64,000 nucleotides of DNA from an uncultured Actinomycetes bacterium (lineage in GTDB: Bacteria > Actinomycetota > Thermoleophilia > Gaiellales > Gaiellaceae), in contig CAWFIT010000012.1 of assembly GCA_963815965.1 (NCBI GenBank), forward strand, positions 83,740 through 147,739. Direction: 5' to 3'. The notes under the pieces are model-generated. The model made no database searches. It had not been told where the DNA came from and was given only the letters and a program-made list of their open reading frames with translations. Positions 1 through 9,689 of this stretch are shown here, in pieces (positions within the stretch are counted from its first letter, which is position 1; each line of letters begins with the position of its first letter). Both the position numbers and the translations under genes were made by a program.

Positions 1-614
1 CTCGGGCTGGCGTTCCTGCTGCTGCTGTTCACGTTCAGGTCGATCGTGATCCCGCTGACGGCGATCGCTGCTCAACCTGCTCTCGGTCGGAGCGGCCTAC
101 GGCGCGCTCGTCTGGATCTTCCAGGACGGCCGCCCCCAGGGTCTCCTCGACTTCCACTCGAACGGGGCGCGTCACTCTGGCTGCCGCTGTTCCTGTTCGT
201 GGTCCTGTTCGGCCTCTCGATGGACTACCACGTGTTCATCCTCAGCCGCATCAAGGAGCTCGTGGATCGCGGCATGCCGACCGAGCGAGGCCGTGTCGCG
301 CGGGCATCGCCTCCACGGCCAGCACGGTCACGGGCGCCGCGGTGATGGTCGCGGTGTTCGCGATCTTCGTCAGGCTCCGTACGCTCGACATCAAGCAGAT
401 GGGCGTGGGCCTGGCGGTCGCCGTGCTGATCGACGCGACGATCATCCGTGGCGTCCTGCTGCCGGCGACGATGAAGCTGCTCGGCGACTGGAACTGGTAC
501 CTGCCGCGCTGGCTCGGGTGGCTGCCGCGCGTCGACGTGGTGAGCGGGTGCCGTCGCGGGCCGGCGCGCCGAGGCGGACTCAGGTCGAGTGACCACCGCC
601 GGGGCGAGGGGTGA
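1..614 (+). pseudogene. MMPL-family (RND-like) membrane transporter, C-terminal end; truncated by the window start and multiply frameshifted
   Basis: Hallmark MMPL C-terminal TM stretches: LWLPLFLFVVLFGLSMDYHVFILSRIKELVDRGMPTE (frame 1) and AVFAIFVRLRTLDIKQMGVGLAVAVLIDATIIRGVLLPATMKLLGDWNWYLPRWL (ORF 342..614). LNLLSVGAAYGALVWIFQDG appears only in another frame between ~70 and ~170. About 4 frame changes are needed; the true stop is uncertain. Confidence 0.7.
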
Positions 615-624
615 AATAGGCACG

Positions 625-996
625 GTGAGCTCGGAACCGCTGCAGCAGGCTTTGCGGGTTCTCGTCGTGGACGACCACGCAGAGCTTCCGCCGCTGCGCG
701 CGTGCGCTCCTCCGCGGAGGGCTTCGAGATCGTCGGCGAGGCGGAGGACGGCGCCACGGCGCTCGCCTCGCCGGCGAGTTCGCGCCCGAGGTCGTGCTGC
801 TCGACATCCAGCTCCCGGACATCGACGGCTTCGAGGTGGCCGCCCGGCTGCTCGCCCGTGACCGCGAGCTCAGGATCGTGCTCGTCTCGAGCCGCGACCG
901 CTGCACTACGGCGGCGCTGGTCGAGGCGAGCGGCGCGACGGGTTCATCACGAAGGGCGAGCTGTCCGGAGGGACGCTCGAGAGCGTGCTCGGGTGA
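625..996 (+). pseudogene. stand-alone receiver-domain (CheY-like REC) response regulator, multiply frameshifted
   Basis: LRVLVVDDHAE (frame of 625), EGFEIVGEAEDGATALA (ORF 702 frame), VLLDIQLPDIDGFEVAARLLARDRELRIVLVSSRD (ORF 794 frame), then GFITKGELSGGTLESVLG and stop at 994-996. At least 4 frame changes (near 680, 705, 762, 940). About 124 codons, no output domain. Confidence 0.6.
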
Positions 997-3640
997 TCGA
1001 ACGTCTGCCGCGAGCGGCCACCGCGCGGGCGACTCCCGCACGAGGGATGGGCCGCGCCCGCTGCCGGCGTGGCTCGTCTTCGGGCTCGCCGCAGCGGCGC
1101 TCGCGGCCACCGCGGCGGCGGTCTACATGACCGCCGTCAGCACCACGCGCCGGTGCCGGTCGGCCACGCCGTGCTGACGGTCGTCGTCTGCCTGGCTTCG
1201 TCGGCACCGGCCTGCTGGCGCTGCGGCGCGGCCATACGGCCGTTTCGGCCTGCTGCTCGCCGCGGTCGGCTTCGCGTCGCTCCTCGGTGCGCTGCACGAC
1301 GCGAACGGGGCGCTCGCCCTACACGATCGGCGTGCTCACCGCCAACGTCGTCTTCGCGGTGATCGTCCACGCGCTGCTCGCGTTTCCGGAGGGCCGGCTC
1401 GGCTCGCGCACCAGCCGCCTGCTCGTCGTCGCCGCGTACGTCGACGTGCTCGTGCTGCAGGCGGTCGCGGTCCTGTTCGACCCGCTCACCCGCTGGCACA
1501 GCGACCATCCCCGGAACGTCGCGCTCGTCGCACGCGACAGACGCTCGCGACCGGGCTCGAGGAGCTCGAGGCGGCGATCGCGATCGGCATCGCGCTCGCC
1601 GTCGTCTGCGTCCTCGTCCGCCGCGCCCGGGCGGCGACGCCGGCCGCGCGCCGGCAGCTGACGCCGGTGCTTCGGCGGGAGGGTCGCGCTGCTCTTCTTC
1701 GCGTCGGGCTCGTGCTCGCGCCGATCTCCTCTCGGCTGGCGGTGGTCGGCATCGGCCTCGGCCTGCTCGCGTCGCTCGCGCTCCCGGCCGCCTTCCTCGG
1801 CGTCATGTCAGGGCCGGCTGTCGCGGGCCGCCGTCGGCGACCTGCTCGTGGAGCTGCACGAGGCGACGGCGGCACCCGGCCTCGAGGACGCGCTGCGGCG
1901 CGCGCTCGGCGACCCGGCGCTCGAGCTGGCCCGCCTGCGGCCGACGACCGCTACGTCGACGCGGCCGGAGAGCGCGCTCGCTCTCCCGACCGGGCGACGC
2001 GCGCGTCGCCACCCCGATCCTGCATCACGGCGAGCCGGTCGGCATCCTCGTCCACGACCGGGCGCTGCGCACTGCGCCCCGAGCTCCTCGACGCGGTCAG
2101 CGCCGCGGCCGGTTTCGCCCTCGCGAACGAGCGCGCGCTCGAGACGTTGCAGCGGATGGAGCTGCGAAACAGCGTCCTGCTCGACGCGATCCCCGACCCG
2201 TGTTCCGCCTCAGCCGCGACGGCACCTATCTCGATGTCCGGGCCGACGACCTCGGCGGCTCTGCCTGCCCGCCGCGGAGCTCATCGGCACCAACGTCTGC
2301 GACTTCCTGCCGCCGGAAGTCGCGGACACGGCTCGCGTGCATCGCGCAGGCGCTCGACACGGGAGCGATGAAGTCGTTCGAGTACGAGCTCGAGATCGAG
2401 GGCGTTCCGCGCCACTTCGAGTTCCGGATGGTGCCGAGCGGCGGGGGCGAGGTCGTGACGATCGTGCGCGACTTCACCGAGCAGCGGCGGGCCGAGGAGG
2501 AGCTGCGCCGCCTCGCCGACGAGCAGGCGGCGCTGCGGCGCGTGGCGACGCTCGTCGCCGCCGACATCGCCCCGGAGCAGGTGTTCCAGGCGTGACGGAG
2601 GAGGTCTGCGGCTGCTGCGGCTTCCGTCGGCCGTGCTCCTGCGCTTCGAGAGCGGCGAGGACGGCGACGATCGTCGCGCGGTTCGGCGCGCCGGCTCGAC
2701 GACTTCGTGGTCGGAACGGTCATCGACCCGAGGAGGGGCTCGCATCGACGGGTGTCCTGCGAACCGGGCTGCCCGCGCGCGTCGGACTTACGACGGAGTG
2801 CCCGGCGAGATCGCGGCGCGTGCGAGCACGGGTGCGCATCCGCGTCGCCGTGCCGATCAGCGTCGCCGGGGCGACGTGGGGCGCGCTGGTCGCGACCTGC
2901 GGGCAGACGAGACCTGAGCCGGCGCGGACGGAGCGCCGGCTGCAGGCGTTCGCCGAGCTGGTCGCGCTGGGCGTCGCGAGCGCGCAGGCGCGCGACGAGC
3001 TCGCGGCCTCGCGGCTGCGGATCATCGAGGCCGGCGACGCCGAGCGGCGCCGGATCGAGCGCAACCTCCACGACGGCGCCCAGCAGCGGCTCGTCGCGCT
3101 CTCCGTCGCGCTGCGGCTCGCTCCAGGACAAGATCGCCACCGCGCCGGGGGAGGCCGAGGAGCTGCTCGCGTTCGCCGCCGAGGAGCTGGCCGAGGCGCT
3201 GACGGAGCTGCGCGAGCTGGCGCAGGGCATCCACCCGGCCGTCCTCACCGAGCGCGGCCTCGAGGCGGCGCTCGAGGTGCTGGCCGCGCGCACGCCGCTG
3301 CCGGTCACGCTCGACGTCGACCTGCCGGATCGGCTGCCGAGCCGGTCGAGGCGGCCGCGTACTACGTCGTCTCGGAGGCGCTCGCGAACATCGTCAAGCA
3401 CGCCGGCGCCGAGCTCCGCGCGCGTGCGCGCGCAGCGCGTCGACGGCACGCGCCGTGATCGAGGTCGCAGACGACGGCGCCGGCGGCGCCGACCTGGACG
3501 GCGGCTCCGGCCTCTGCGGCCTGCGCGACCGCGTCGAGACGCTCGCCGGCCGCCTCGACATCCAGAGCGCGCCCGGCCGCGGCACCCGCATCCGCGCCGA
3601 GCTGCCGTGTCGCACGCAGCCTGGCGGGCGGGACGGGACG
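993..3640 (+). pseudogene. membrane sensor histidine kinase (multi-TM N-terminus, PAS, GAF-like, HisKA_3, HATPase_c), heavily frameshifted
   Basis: Real-looking segments are scattered over all three + frames. TM region: WLVFGLAAAALAATAAAVYM; TIGVLTANVVFAVIVHALLAFPEGRL; LVLAPISSRLAVVGIGLGLLASLALPAAFLGV. PAS (ORF 2200..2595): FEYELEIEGVPRHFEFRMVPSGGGEVVTIVRDFTEQRRAEEELRRL. HisKA_3: RRRIERNLHDGAQQRLVAL. HATPase: AAYYVVSEALANIVKHAG; IEVADDGAGGADL..GLCGLRDRVETLAGRLDIQSAPGRGTRIRAELP. GTG at 993 overlaps the REC stop (GTGA). I count at least 15 frame changes. Confidence 0.65.
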
Positions 3641-4824
3641 ATGACGCTCACCTTCCTCTTCAGCGACATCGAGGACTCGACCGGCCTCGCCGCCCGGCTC
3701 CGCGACGGGTACGCGCCCGTGCTCGACGATGCCCGCGGGCTGCTGCGGCACGGCGTCGCGCCGCCGCCGGGCGCGAGATCGACTGCCGCGGCGACGAGCT
3801 CTTCTGCGTCTTCGACCACCCGGAGCCGGCCGCCGCCGCGGCGCGCGCGGTGCAGCGGGCGTTCGGGGCGCATCCGTGGCCTGCGGGTGAGAGCGTGCGC
3901 GTGCGCTTCGGCCTGCACACCGGCGACGCCGAGCGCCCCCGGCGGCGGCTACGTCGGGATCGACGTCCACCGCGCCGCGCGCATCTGCCAGGCGGCCCAC
4001 GGCGGCCAGGTGCTCGCCTCGCAGGACGCCGCCCGGCTGCTGCGCTCGCCGACGCGCGACCTGGGCGAGTACGACTTCAGCGGCCTGCGCGAGCCCGAGC
4101 GGATCTTCCAGCTCGTCGCCGACGGCCTCCCGGCCGACTTCCCGCCCCTGCGCAACGCGCGCGAGCACACCGACGCCCTGCGGGCCGTGATCGCCGACGA
4201 CTCGACGCTGCTTCGCGAGGGGCTCGCGCGCCTGCTCGAGGAGGCGGGCATCGACGTGGTCGGCCAGGCCCGGACCGCCGACGAGCTGATGCTGAAGGTG
4301 CGCAGCTACAACCCCGACGTCGCGATCGTCGACATCCGCATGCCGCCGACCCAGACCGACGAGGGCATCCGCGCCGCGCCGCGAGATCCGGGCCAAGCAC
4401 CCGGGGACGGGCGTGCTCGTGCTCTCCCAGCACGTCGCCCACACCTACGCGGTCGAGCTGCTCGACGAGAGCGCCGAGGGCCTCGGCTACCTGCTCAAGG
4501 ACCGCGTCTCCGACCTGGACGAGTTCACCGGCGGCGGTGCGCCGCGTCGCCGAGGGCGGCTCGGCGCTCGACCCGCTCGTCGTCTCCGAGCTCGTCGGCC
4601 GCAGCCGCCGCGACGACCCGGTGGAGCGGCTCTCGCCGCGCGAGCGGGAGGTGCTCGAGCTGATGGCCGAGGGCCGCGCGAACCACGCGATCGGCCAGCG
4701 GCTCTTCATCTCGCCCCGCGCCGTCGAGAAGCACATCACGAGCATCTTCGTGAAGCTCGGCCTGCCCGCGGCCCCCGAGGACCACCGCCGCGTGCTCGCC
4801 GTCCTGCGCTTCCTCGGCTCCTAG
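3641..4824 (+). pseudogene. class III nucleotidyl cyclase - REC - LuxR/NarL HTH fusion protein, frameshifted
   Basis: Cyclase: MTLTFLFSDIEDSTGL, GREIDCRGDELFCVFD, GIDVHRAARICQAAHGGQVLAS, FPPLR. REC: LRAVIADDSTLLREGLARLLEEAGIDVVGQA..DVAIVDIRMPPTQTDEG, then VLVLSQHVAHTYAVELLDESAEGLGYLLKDRV. LuxR HTH: LSPREREVLELMAEGRANHAIGQRLFISPRAVEKHITSIFVKLGL, stop at 4822-4824. Pieces lie in ORFs 3455..4663, 2707..4824 and 4413..4838 (at least 4 frame changes). No in-frame stop separates it from the kinase upstream. Confidence 0.65.
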
Positions 4825-4839
4825 CCGAGTTCGGATAGC

Positions 4840-4861
4840 CGCACCCGCGAAAACGGGTGCG
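4840..4861 (+). terminator. GC-rich hairpin downstream of the cyclase-REC-LuxR gene (possible intrinsic terminator, no T-tract)
   Basis: GCACCCG-cgaaaa-CGGGTGC (7-8 bp stem, 6-nt loop), 16 nt after the stop at 4824. Confidence 0.35.
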
Positions 4862-4925
4862 CCCTACTGCGCGGCGCATGCGCCGACGGCGACCCTTTCG
4901 GGGTGATCGATGAAGGGGGATTTCG

Positions 4926-6338
4926 ATGAGTACGACATTGCAAACGGGGCTCGACCTCCGACGGCTTCGCCTCGAGCTCGCTGGAGAGGTCATCGGCCCG
5001 GACGATGCCGCGTACGAGGCTGCGCGTAGGGTCTTCGACCCGAAGATCGACAAGCATCCGGCCGCGATCGTTCGGCCCGTCGACGATGCGGCAGTGGCGT
5101 CCGTCGTGTCGCTTGCACACGAGAGCGGAGTCGAGCTCGCTGTGCGGAGCGGCGGGCACAGCCTCGCCGGCCACGGCACGAGCGAAGGCGGGCTCGTGCT
5201 CGACCTGCGCTGGCATGGACGGCGCTCGAGATCGATGCGCGACGCGCGCACGCGCCTGGGCGAGGCGGGCCTCACGGCGGGCCGAGGTAACGCGGCGCGC
5301 CGGCGCGCACGGCCTCGCGATCGGCTTCGGCGACACCGGCTCGGTCGGCATCGGCGGCCTCACGCTCGGCGGCGGCATCGGCTACCTCGTGCGCAAGCAC
5401 GGCCTGACGATCGACAACCTGCTCGCCGCCGACGTCGTCACCGCCGACGGCGAGCTGCTGCACGTCGACGCCGAGACGCCATCCGGACCTGTTCTGGGCG
5501 ATCCGCGGCGGCGGCGGCAACTTCGGCGTCGTGACGCGGTTCCAGTTCCGGCTGCACCCGAGTCGGCCACGGTCGTCGGCGGGCATGCTCGTCCTGCCCG
5601 CGACGCCGGACGACGATCGCCGGCGTTCGTCGCCGCGGCCGAGGCGGCGCCGGAGGAGCTGTCGACGATCGCCAACGTCATGCCCGCGCCGCCGATGCCG
5701 TTCCTGCCGCCGGAGCTGCACGGCCGGCTCGTGTGCTCGCGATGCTCGTGTATGCCGGGCCGACGTCGAGGCGGGCGAGCGGGCGCTCGCGCCGTTCCGC
5801 GCGCTCGCGGAGCCGCTGGCCGACATGGTGCGGCCGATGCCCGTACCCGGAGATGTATCCGCCGGACGACGCCGCGACTACCACCCGCTCGCGGTCTGCG
5901 CGGACGATGTTCGTCGACGCGGTCGACGACGGACGGCTGCCGCGGCGATCCTCGGGCGGATCGCGGCATCGACGCGCGCAGATGCGCCGTGGCTCAGCTG
6001 CGCGTGCTCGGCGGCGCGATGGCGCGCGTCCCGGCCGACGCGACGGCGTTCGCCCACCGCGCGCGGCGGATCATGGTCAACGTCGCCGCCGTCTACGACG
6101 ACGCCGGACGAGGCGCCCGCGCACGAGGCCTGGGTCGACGGCTTCGCGGACGCGCTCCGCGCAGGACGACGCCGGCGCGTACGTGAACTTCCTCGGCGAC
6201 GAGGGCGAGGAGCGGGTCGCGCGCGGCCTACCCGGGCGCGACGTGGGACCGGCTGGCCGCGGTCAAGCGACGCTACGACCCGGACAACCTGTTCCGCCTG
6301 AACCAGAACATCCCGCCGGCGGAGTCGGAAGCTCGGAT
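4926..6338 (+). pseudogene. FAD-binding (PCMH/BBE-type) oxidoreductase, multiply frameshifted
   Basis: Good SD (GAAGGGGGA) before ATG 4926. Motif segments: [38 protein letters not shown]; [49 protein letters not shown]; FQFRLHP; [28 protein letters not shown]; [14 protein letters not shown]. These are spread over ORFs 4926, 5005, 5531 and 5733 and other frames (roughly 8 frame changes). Paralog of the intact gene at 51900..53258. The stop position is approximate. Confidence 0.7.
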
Positions 6339-6534
6339 AGCGCGCACGCCGATGACGCGACACACAGCGGAAGCTGACCGGAGTCGAGGCGCGTGCCCGG
6401 AGGCTGGCGGGCGTGGTACTCTCGACCGCCTGCGGCCGCGGCTGGCACAGGCGCGTGACCGCCGGGATGGTCAAGGCGGAGGCAGGCGCTCGAGGAGCTC
6501 GACTTCCAGCTCACCGAGCTGTTCGACACGCCGA

Positions 6535-7307
6535 ATGACCGGGGTCCAGGTAGGCCGCGTGACGCGCGGCTGACGCGGATCCGACCGCCGCTGGCCCGGG
6601 TTGCCGAGCGCCATTCGCTGGTCGTCGAGGCGACCGGCGTCCTCGCGCTGTACGCGCTTTACGAGGCGACGCGCGGCCTGATCGCAGGCGATCGCGGAGC
6701 AGCCCTTCGAGCATGCACATGACGTCGCGTCGCTCGAGCGCTCGCTGCACGTGTTCGTCGAAGGCCAGGTTCAGGCCGCGGCCGGCGCGCTTCCCGGACT
6801 GATCGGGCTGCTCGGACTGCTCTACCTGACGCTCCACCTCATCGGTCACAGGCGTGTACCTGCTCTGGCTCCATCGCCGGCGGCCCGGCGCATTCCCGGT
6901 CGTTCGGACGACCCTGCTGATCGCCAGCGCGCTCGCGCTAATCGGCTACGTCGTGTTCCCGACTGCGCCGCCTCGGCTGCCGGCGCTTGGGATCGCCGAC
7001 ACGATCTCCGGCGGTCAGCGTCGACCTCGATCACGGCCTCGATCAGCTCGCTCTACAACCCGTTCGCAGCCGTGCCGAGCATGCACGTCGGCTACGCGGT
7101 CATCGTCGGCGCGAGCCTCGTGCTTCACCGGCAGGCGCCGCTCGCTTTACGTGCTCGGGCTTCTCTATCCGGCGCTCGTCCTGTTCGTGGTCGTGGCGAC
7201 CGGCAACCACTTCATCATGGACGCGGTCGCGGGAGCGACGGTTGCAGCAATCGCCGGAGCGCTCGCGCGAACGGTCACACGCGACGAACGTCATCCCGAA
7301 GTCGTGA
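6535..7307 (+). pseudogene. PAP2-superfamily (PAP2_3-like) membrane phosphatase/phosphotransferase, frameshifted
   Basis: ALYALYEATRGLIAG; LERSLHVFVEGQVQAAAGALPGLIGLLGLLYLTLHLIGH; YLLWLHRRRPGAFPVVRTTLLIASALALIGYVVFPTAPPRL; SSLYNPFAAVPSMHVGYAVIVGASLV; LYPALVLFVVVATGNHFIMDAVAGA. Spread over ORFs 6751, 6854 and 6987 and another frame (at least 4 changes). Both start and stop are approximate. Confidence 0.5.
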
Positions 7308-7354
7308 AGGGCTCTACCCGCAGCGCAATCCCAGCGGCTGTCGAACGCGTCGTT

Positions 7355-7943
7355 TCAATTCTTCTCGTCGGCCTGAACCGTGTCGAGGAAAGCCAGCACG
7401 CGCTCGATGAGCAATGCCGCAGCCGCGGCGTCGTACGCCGGGAGCGAAGAGTCGGCGAAGAGGTGTTCGTCCCCCGGGTAGAGGAACAGCTCGGCGCTGC
7501 TCGGTCGACTCGACGAGCGCCTGCGCGGCCTCGAAATCTTCGGCGAAGAACGGGTCGGCGTCCTTGCCGTGCACCTGCACTGGAACGCCCTCGGGCCACG
7601 CGTCCCCGAACTCCGAGACTGGGAGGCACGAGTACATGAGCAAGGCCCCGCGGGCGCCGGGCCGGGTCTGCGCGAGTTGCTGGGCGATCATGACTCCGGA
7701 GGAGAAGCCGGCGTAGACGACGTCGGGGCCGGTCCCCTCGGCGGCGGTCACGCCGCGCTCGGCCAGCGCGCCGAACCCCGCTTCGCGCGCGAACGCCATG
7801 CCCTCCTCGATGGTGTCGAAGCGGCGCCCGTCGAACAGGTCTGGTGTATGGACGGTGTGCCCCGCCTGCCGCAACTCGTCGGCGAACGACTGGACTCCCT
7901 CGGTCAGTCCCTGGACGTGGTGGTACAGCACAACCTCGGTCAT
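7355..7943 (-). pseudogene. dienelactone hydrolase family protein, one frame break (~7495)
   Basis: SD GGAGGA before ATG 7943. MTEVVLYHHVQGLTEGVQSFADELRQAGHTVHTPDLFDGR..VVYAGFSSGVMIAQQLA..VQVHGKDADPFF, then after a -1/+1 break AELFLYPGDEHLFADSSLPAYDAAAAALLIERVLAFLD and stop at 7355-7357. Confidence 0.7.
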
Positions 7944-8008
7944 CTCAGATCCTCCTGAAGTTTGATCCATTAAATTGGAACATTCTGCGATGTTAGTCTG
8001 TTCGTGTC

Positions 8009-8578
8009 ATGGCTGTCAACTCGCCTCCGCCTGACTACGACCTCGCCGACCGAATCGTGCTCACCGAGGCCTCCCAGGTGAAGGCGCTCGGCCATCCCCT
8101 CCGCAACACGATCCTGGGCCTGCTCCATGAGCGGGCGGCCACCGTGAGCGAGCTCGCGGTCGCTGTCGACCGCCCGAAGAGCACGGTTGCCCACCACGTC
8201 AAGGTGCTTGCCGAGGCCGGACTGGTGCAGGTGGTGAGGACCCGGCGGGTGCGAGCGATCGAGGAGCGTTTCTACGGCCGCTCGGCACGGATGTTCTACG
8301 TCAGCGTCGAGCGGAGCGGGGACGGCGACGACCTGCCTCGCGACTTCAACGACTTCGAGGTCGCAGCTCGAGAGTCGACCGGGGCCTACCGTGACGGCAA
8401 GCTGTGGGGTTTCATCCGCCACGCCCGCATCTCGGAGGCGCAGGCGTCGGACTTCTGGGAGCGTATGGCCGAGCTGGTGGCGGAGTTCGACCAGCTACCG
8501 CGGTCAGGCGAGACCGTGTATGGATTCGCGGTCGGCGTCTATCCGACTGACCATCCGACGCTACCGGGCGGTGAGTAA
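8009..8578 (+). CDS. ArsR-family winged-helix transcriptional regulator with C-terminal extension
   Basis: Intact 189-aa ORF. ALGHPLRNTILGLLHERAATVSELAVAVDRPKSTVAHHVKVLAEAGLV is a typical ArsR HTH. An AT-rich divergent promoter region (7960-8008) lies upstream. Confidence 0.8.
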   Translation: MAVNSPPPDYDLADRIVLTEASQVKALGHPLRNTILGLLHERAATVSELAVAVDRPKSTVAHHVKVLAEAGLVQVVRTRRVRAIEERFYGRSARMFYVSVERSGDGDDLPRDFNDFEVAARESTGAYRDGKLWGFIRHARISEAQASDFWERMAELVAEFDQLPRSGETVYGFAVGVYPTDHPTLPGGE

Positions 8579-8629
8579 GACGACCCTGTGGCGATCGGGC
8601 CAACAGTGGCCGCGATGCGCGCGGTTGGC

Positions 8630-9598
8630 CTAGCCGAACGTGAAGCAGTACGCCTCGACGTCGGGAGCGAGGAACGTGATCTCGAACGTACGGTCGGTGA
8701 TCGATCCGCGCTCGCGGATCAACTGATATAGGCGCTGCTGGGTCAACGTTCCCTGTCCCTGTTCGTCGACGTCGAGTCCGTGAGCATCGTCCGGGGGCTC
8801 TCCGTCGACGAGCACTCGAAACGGCACGGACGTACCTCGAGTACGCGGACCCATGACGAGATTGACGTCGCGCGCGTGAAAGCGAAAGACGATCCGTCCA
8901 TCGGCTCCGTGCAACACGCTCGCTCCACTCCCGACCGTCCAGTCTCCCAGGAGTGTCCACTGGTTCAGCCGCAACCGCTCCGGCGCAACACCAGATGCGA
9001 AGTTCCGAGCCTGCGCGGAGCCGAGGTACGTCTCGGGCGATTGCAGGTTCGCCCAGTCGGCCTGAGCCTCGAAACCATCGCCGGCGACGGAGACGAGATC
9101 GTCGGCGATGCCGTCGCGCCCGGCCTCGCGCAACAACATCTGGATGACGCGTTCGCACTCTTCGTACCCACCCTCGCCGAACTGATGGTGGCGGATCCGT
9201 CCTTCCGCGTCGGCGATGTACGCGGCCGGCCAGTACTGGTTGCTGAAGGCGCGCCAGACCGCGTAGTCGGGGTCGAGCGCGATCGGATACTCGACGTTCA
9301 GGTTCTTCGCCGCCCAACGCACGTTCTCGTCGTCGTGTTCGAACGGGAACTCGGGCGTGTGGACGCCGACCACGACCAGTCCGTGATCCTCGTACTTGTC
9401 GGCCCACGCGCGGACATAGCCGAGCGTGCGGAGCCAGTTGATGCAGGTGTACGTCCAGAAGTCGGCGAGCACGACCTTCCCGCGCAGGCCCTCGGCGGTG
9501 AGAGGCTCCGAATTGAGCCAGCCGGTTGCCCCGTCGAAGCCGGGCAGATAGCTCTCTGCGGACAACAGGCCGTGGCGGCTCCCGCCGAAGAGGCTCAC
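8630..9598 (-). CDS. thioredoxin-fold redoxin-like protein (DipZ C-terminal-like) with degenerate CxxC
   Basis: Intact 322 aa. GKVVLADFWTYTCINWLRTLGYVRAWADKYEDHGLVVVGVHTPEFPFE matches the redoxin/DipZ-C layout, but the active-site motif reads C-I-N-W, not C-x-x-C. The C-terminal half is beta-rich. Confidence 0.75.
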   Translation of the reverse strand: MSLFGGSRHGLLSAESYLPGFDGATGWLNSEPLTAEGLRGKVVLADFWTYTCINWLRTLGYVRAWADKYEDHGLVVVGVHTPEFPFEHDDENVRWAAKNLNVEYPIALDPDYAVWRAFSNQYWPAAYIADAEGRIRHHQFGEGGYEECERVIQMLLREAGRDGIADDLVSVAGDGFEAQADWANLQSPETYLGSAQARNFASGVAPERLRLNQWTLLGDWTVGSGASVLHGADGRIVFRFHARDVNLVMGPRTRGTSVPFRVLVDGEPPDDAHGLDVDEQGQGTLTQQRLYQLIRERGSITDRTFEITFLAPDVEAYCFTFG

Positions 9599-9689
9599 TT
9601 CGCGCCGCCCAGTTCGAGGACGGCATCTGTCGGAGACGCGGCCAGGTCTGTTCCCTCCTTCACCTCTGTTGAGCTCGTCAGATCTCCTT

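Noticed and set aside
993-4824. Calling the kinase and the cyclase-REC-LuxR protein one giant hybrid polypeptide
   Set aside because: The absence of an in-frame stop at ~3610-3640 cannot be trusted in a block with a frame break every ~200 nt. A good ATG (3641) precedes the cyclase domain. The question is left open rather than asserted.
4829-6345. Shared CGGATAG motif just after the stops at 4822 and ~6336, as a possible regulatory signal
   Set aside because: Only 7-8 nt are shared and the flanks do not align. This is within chance expectation for two sites.
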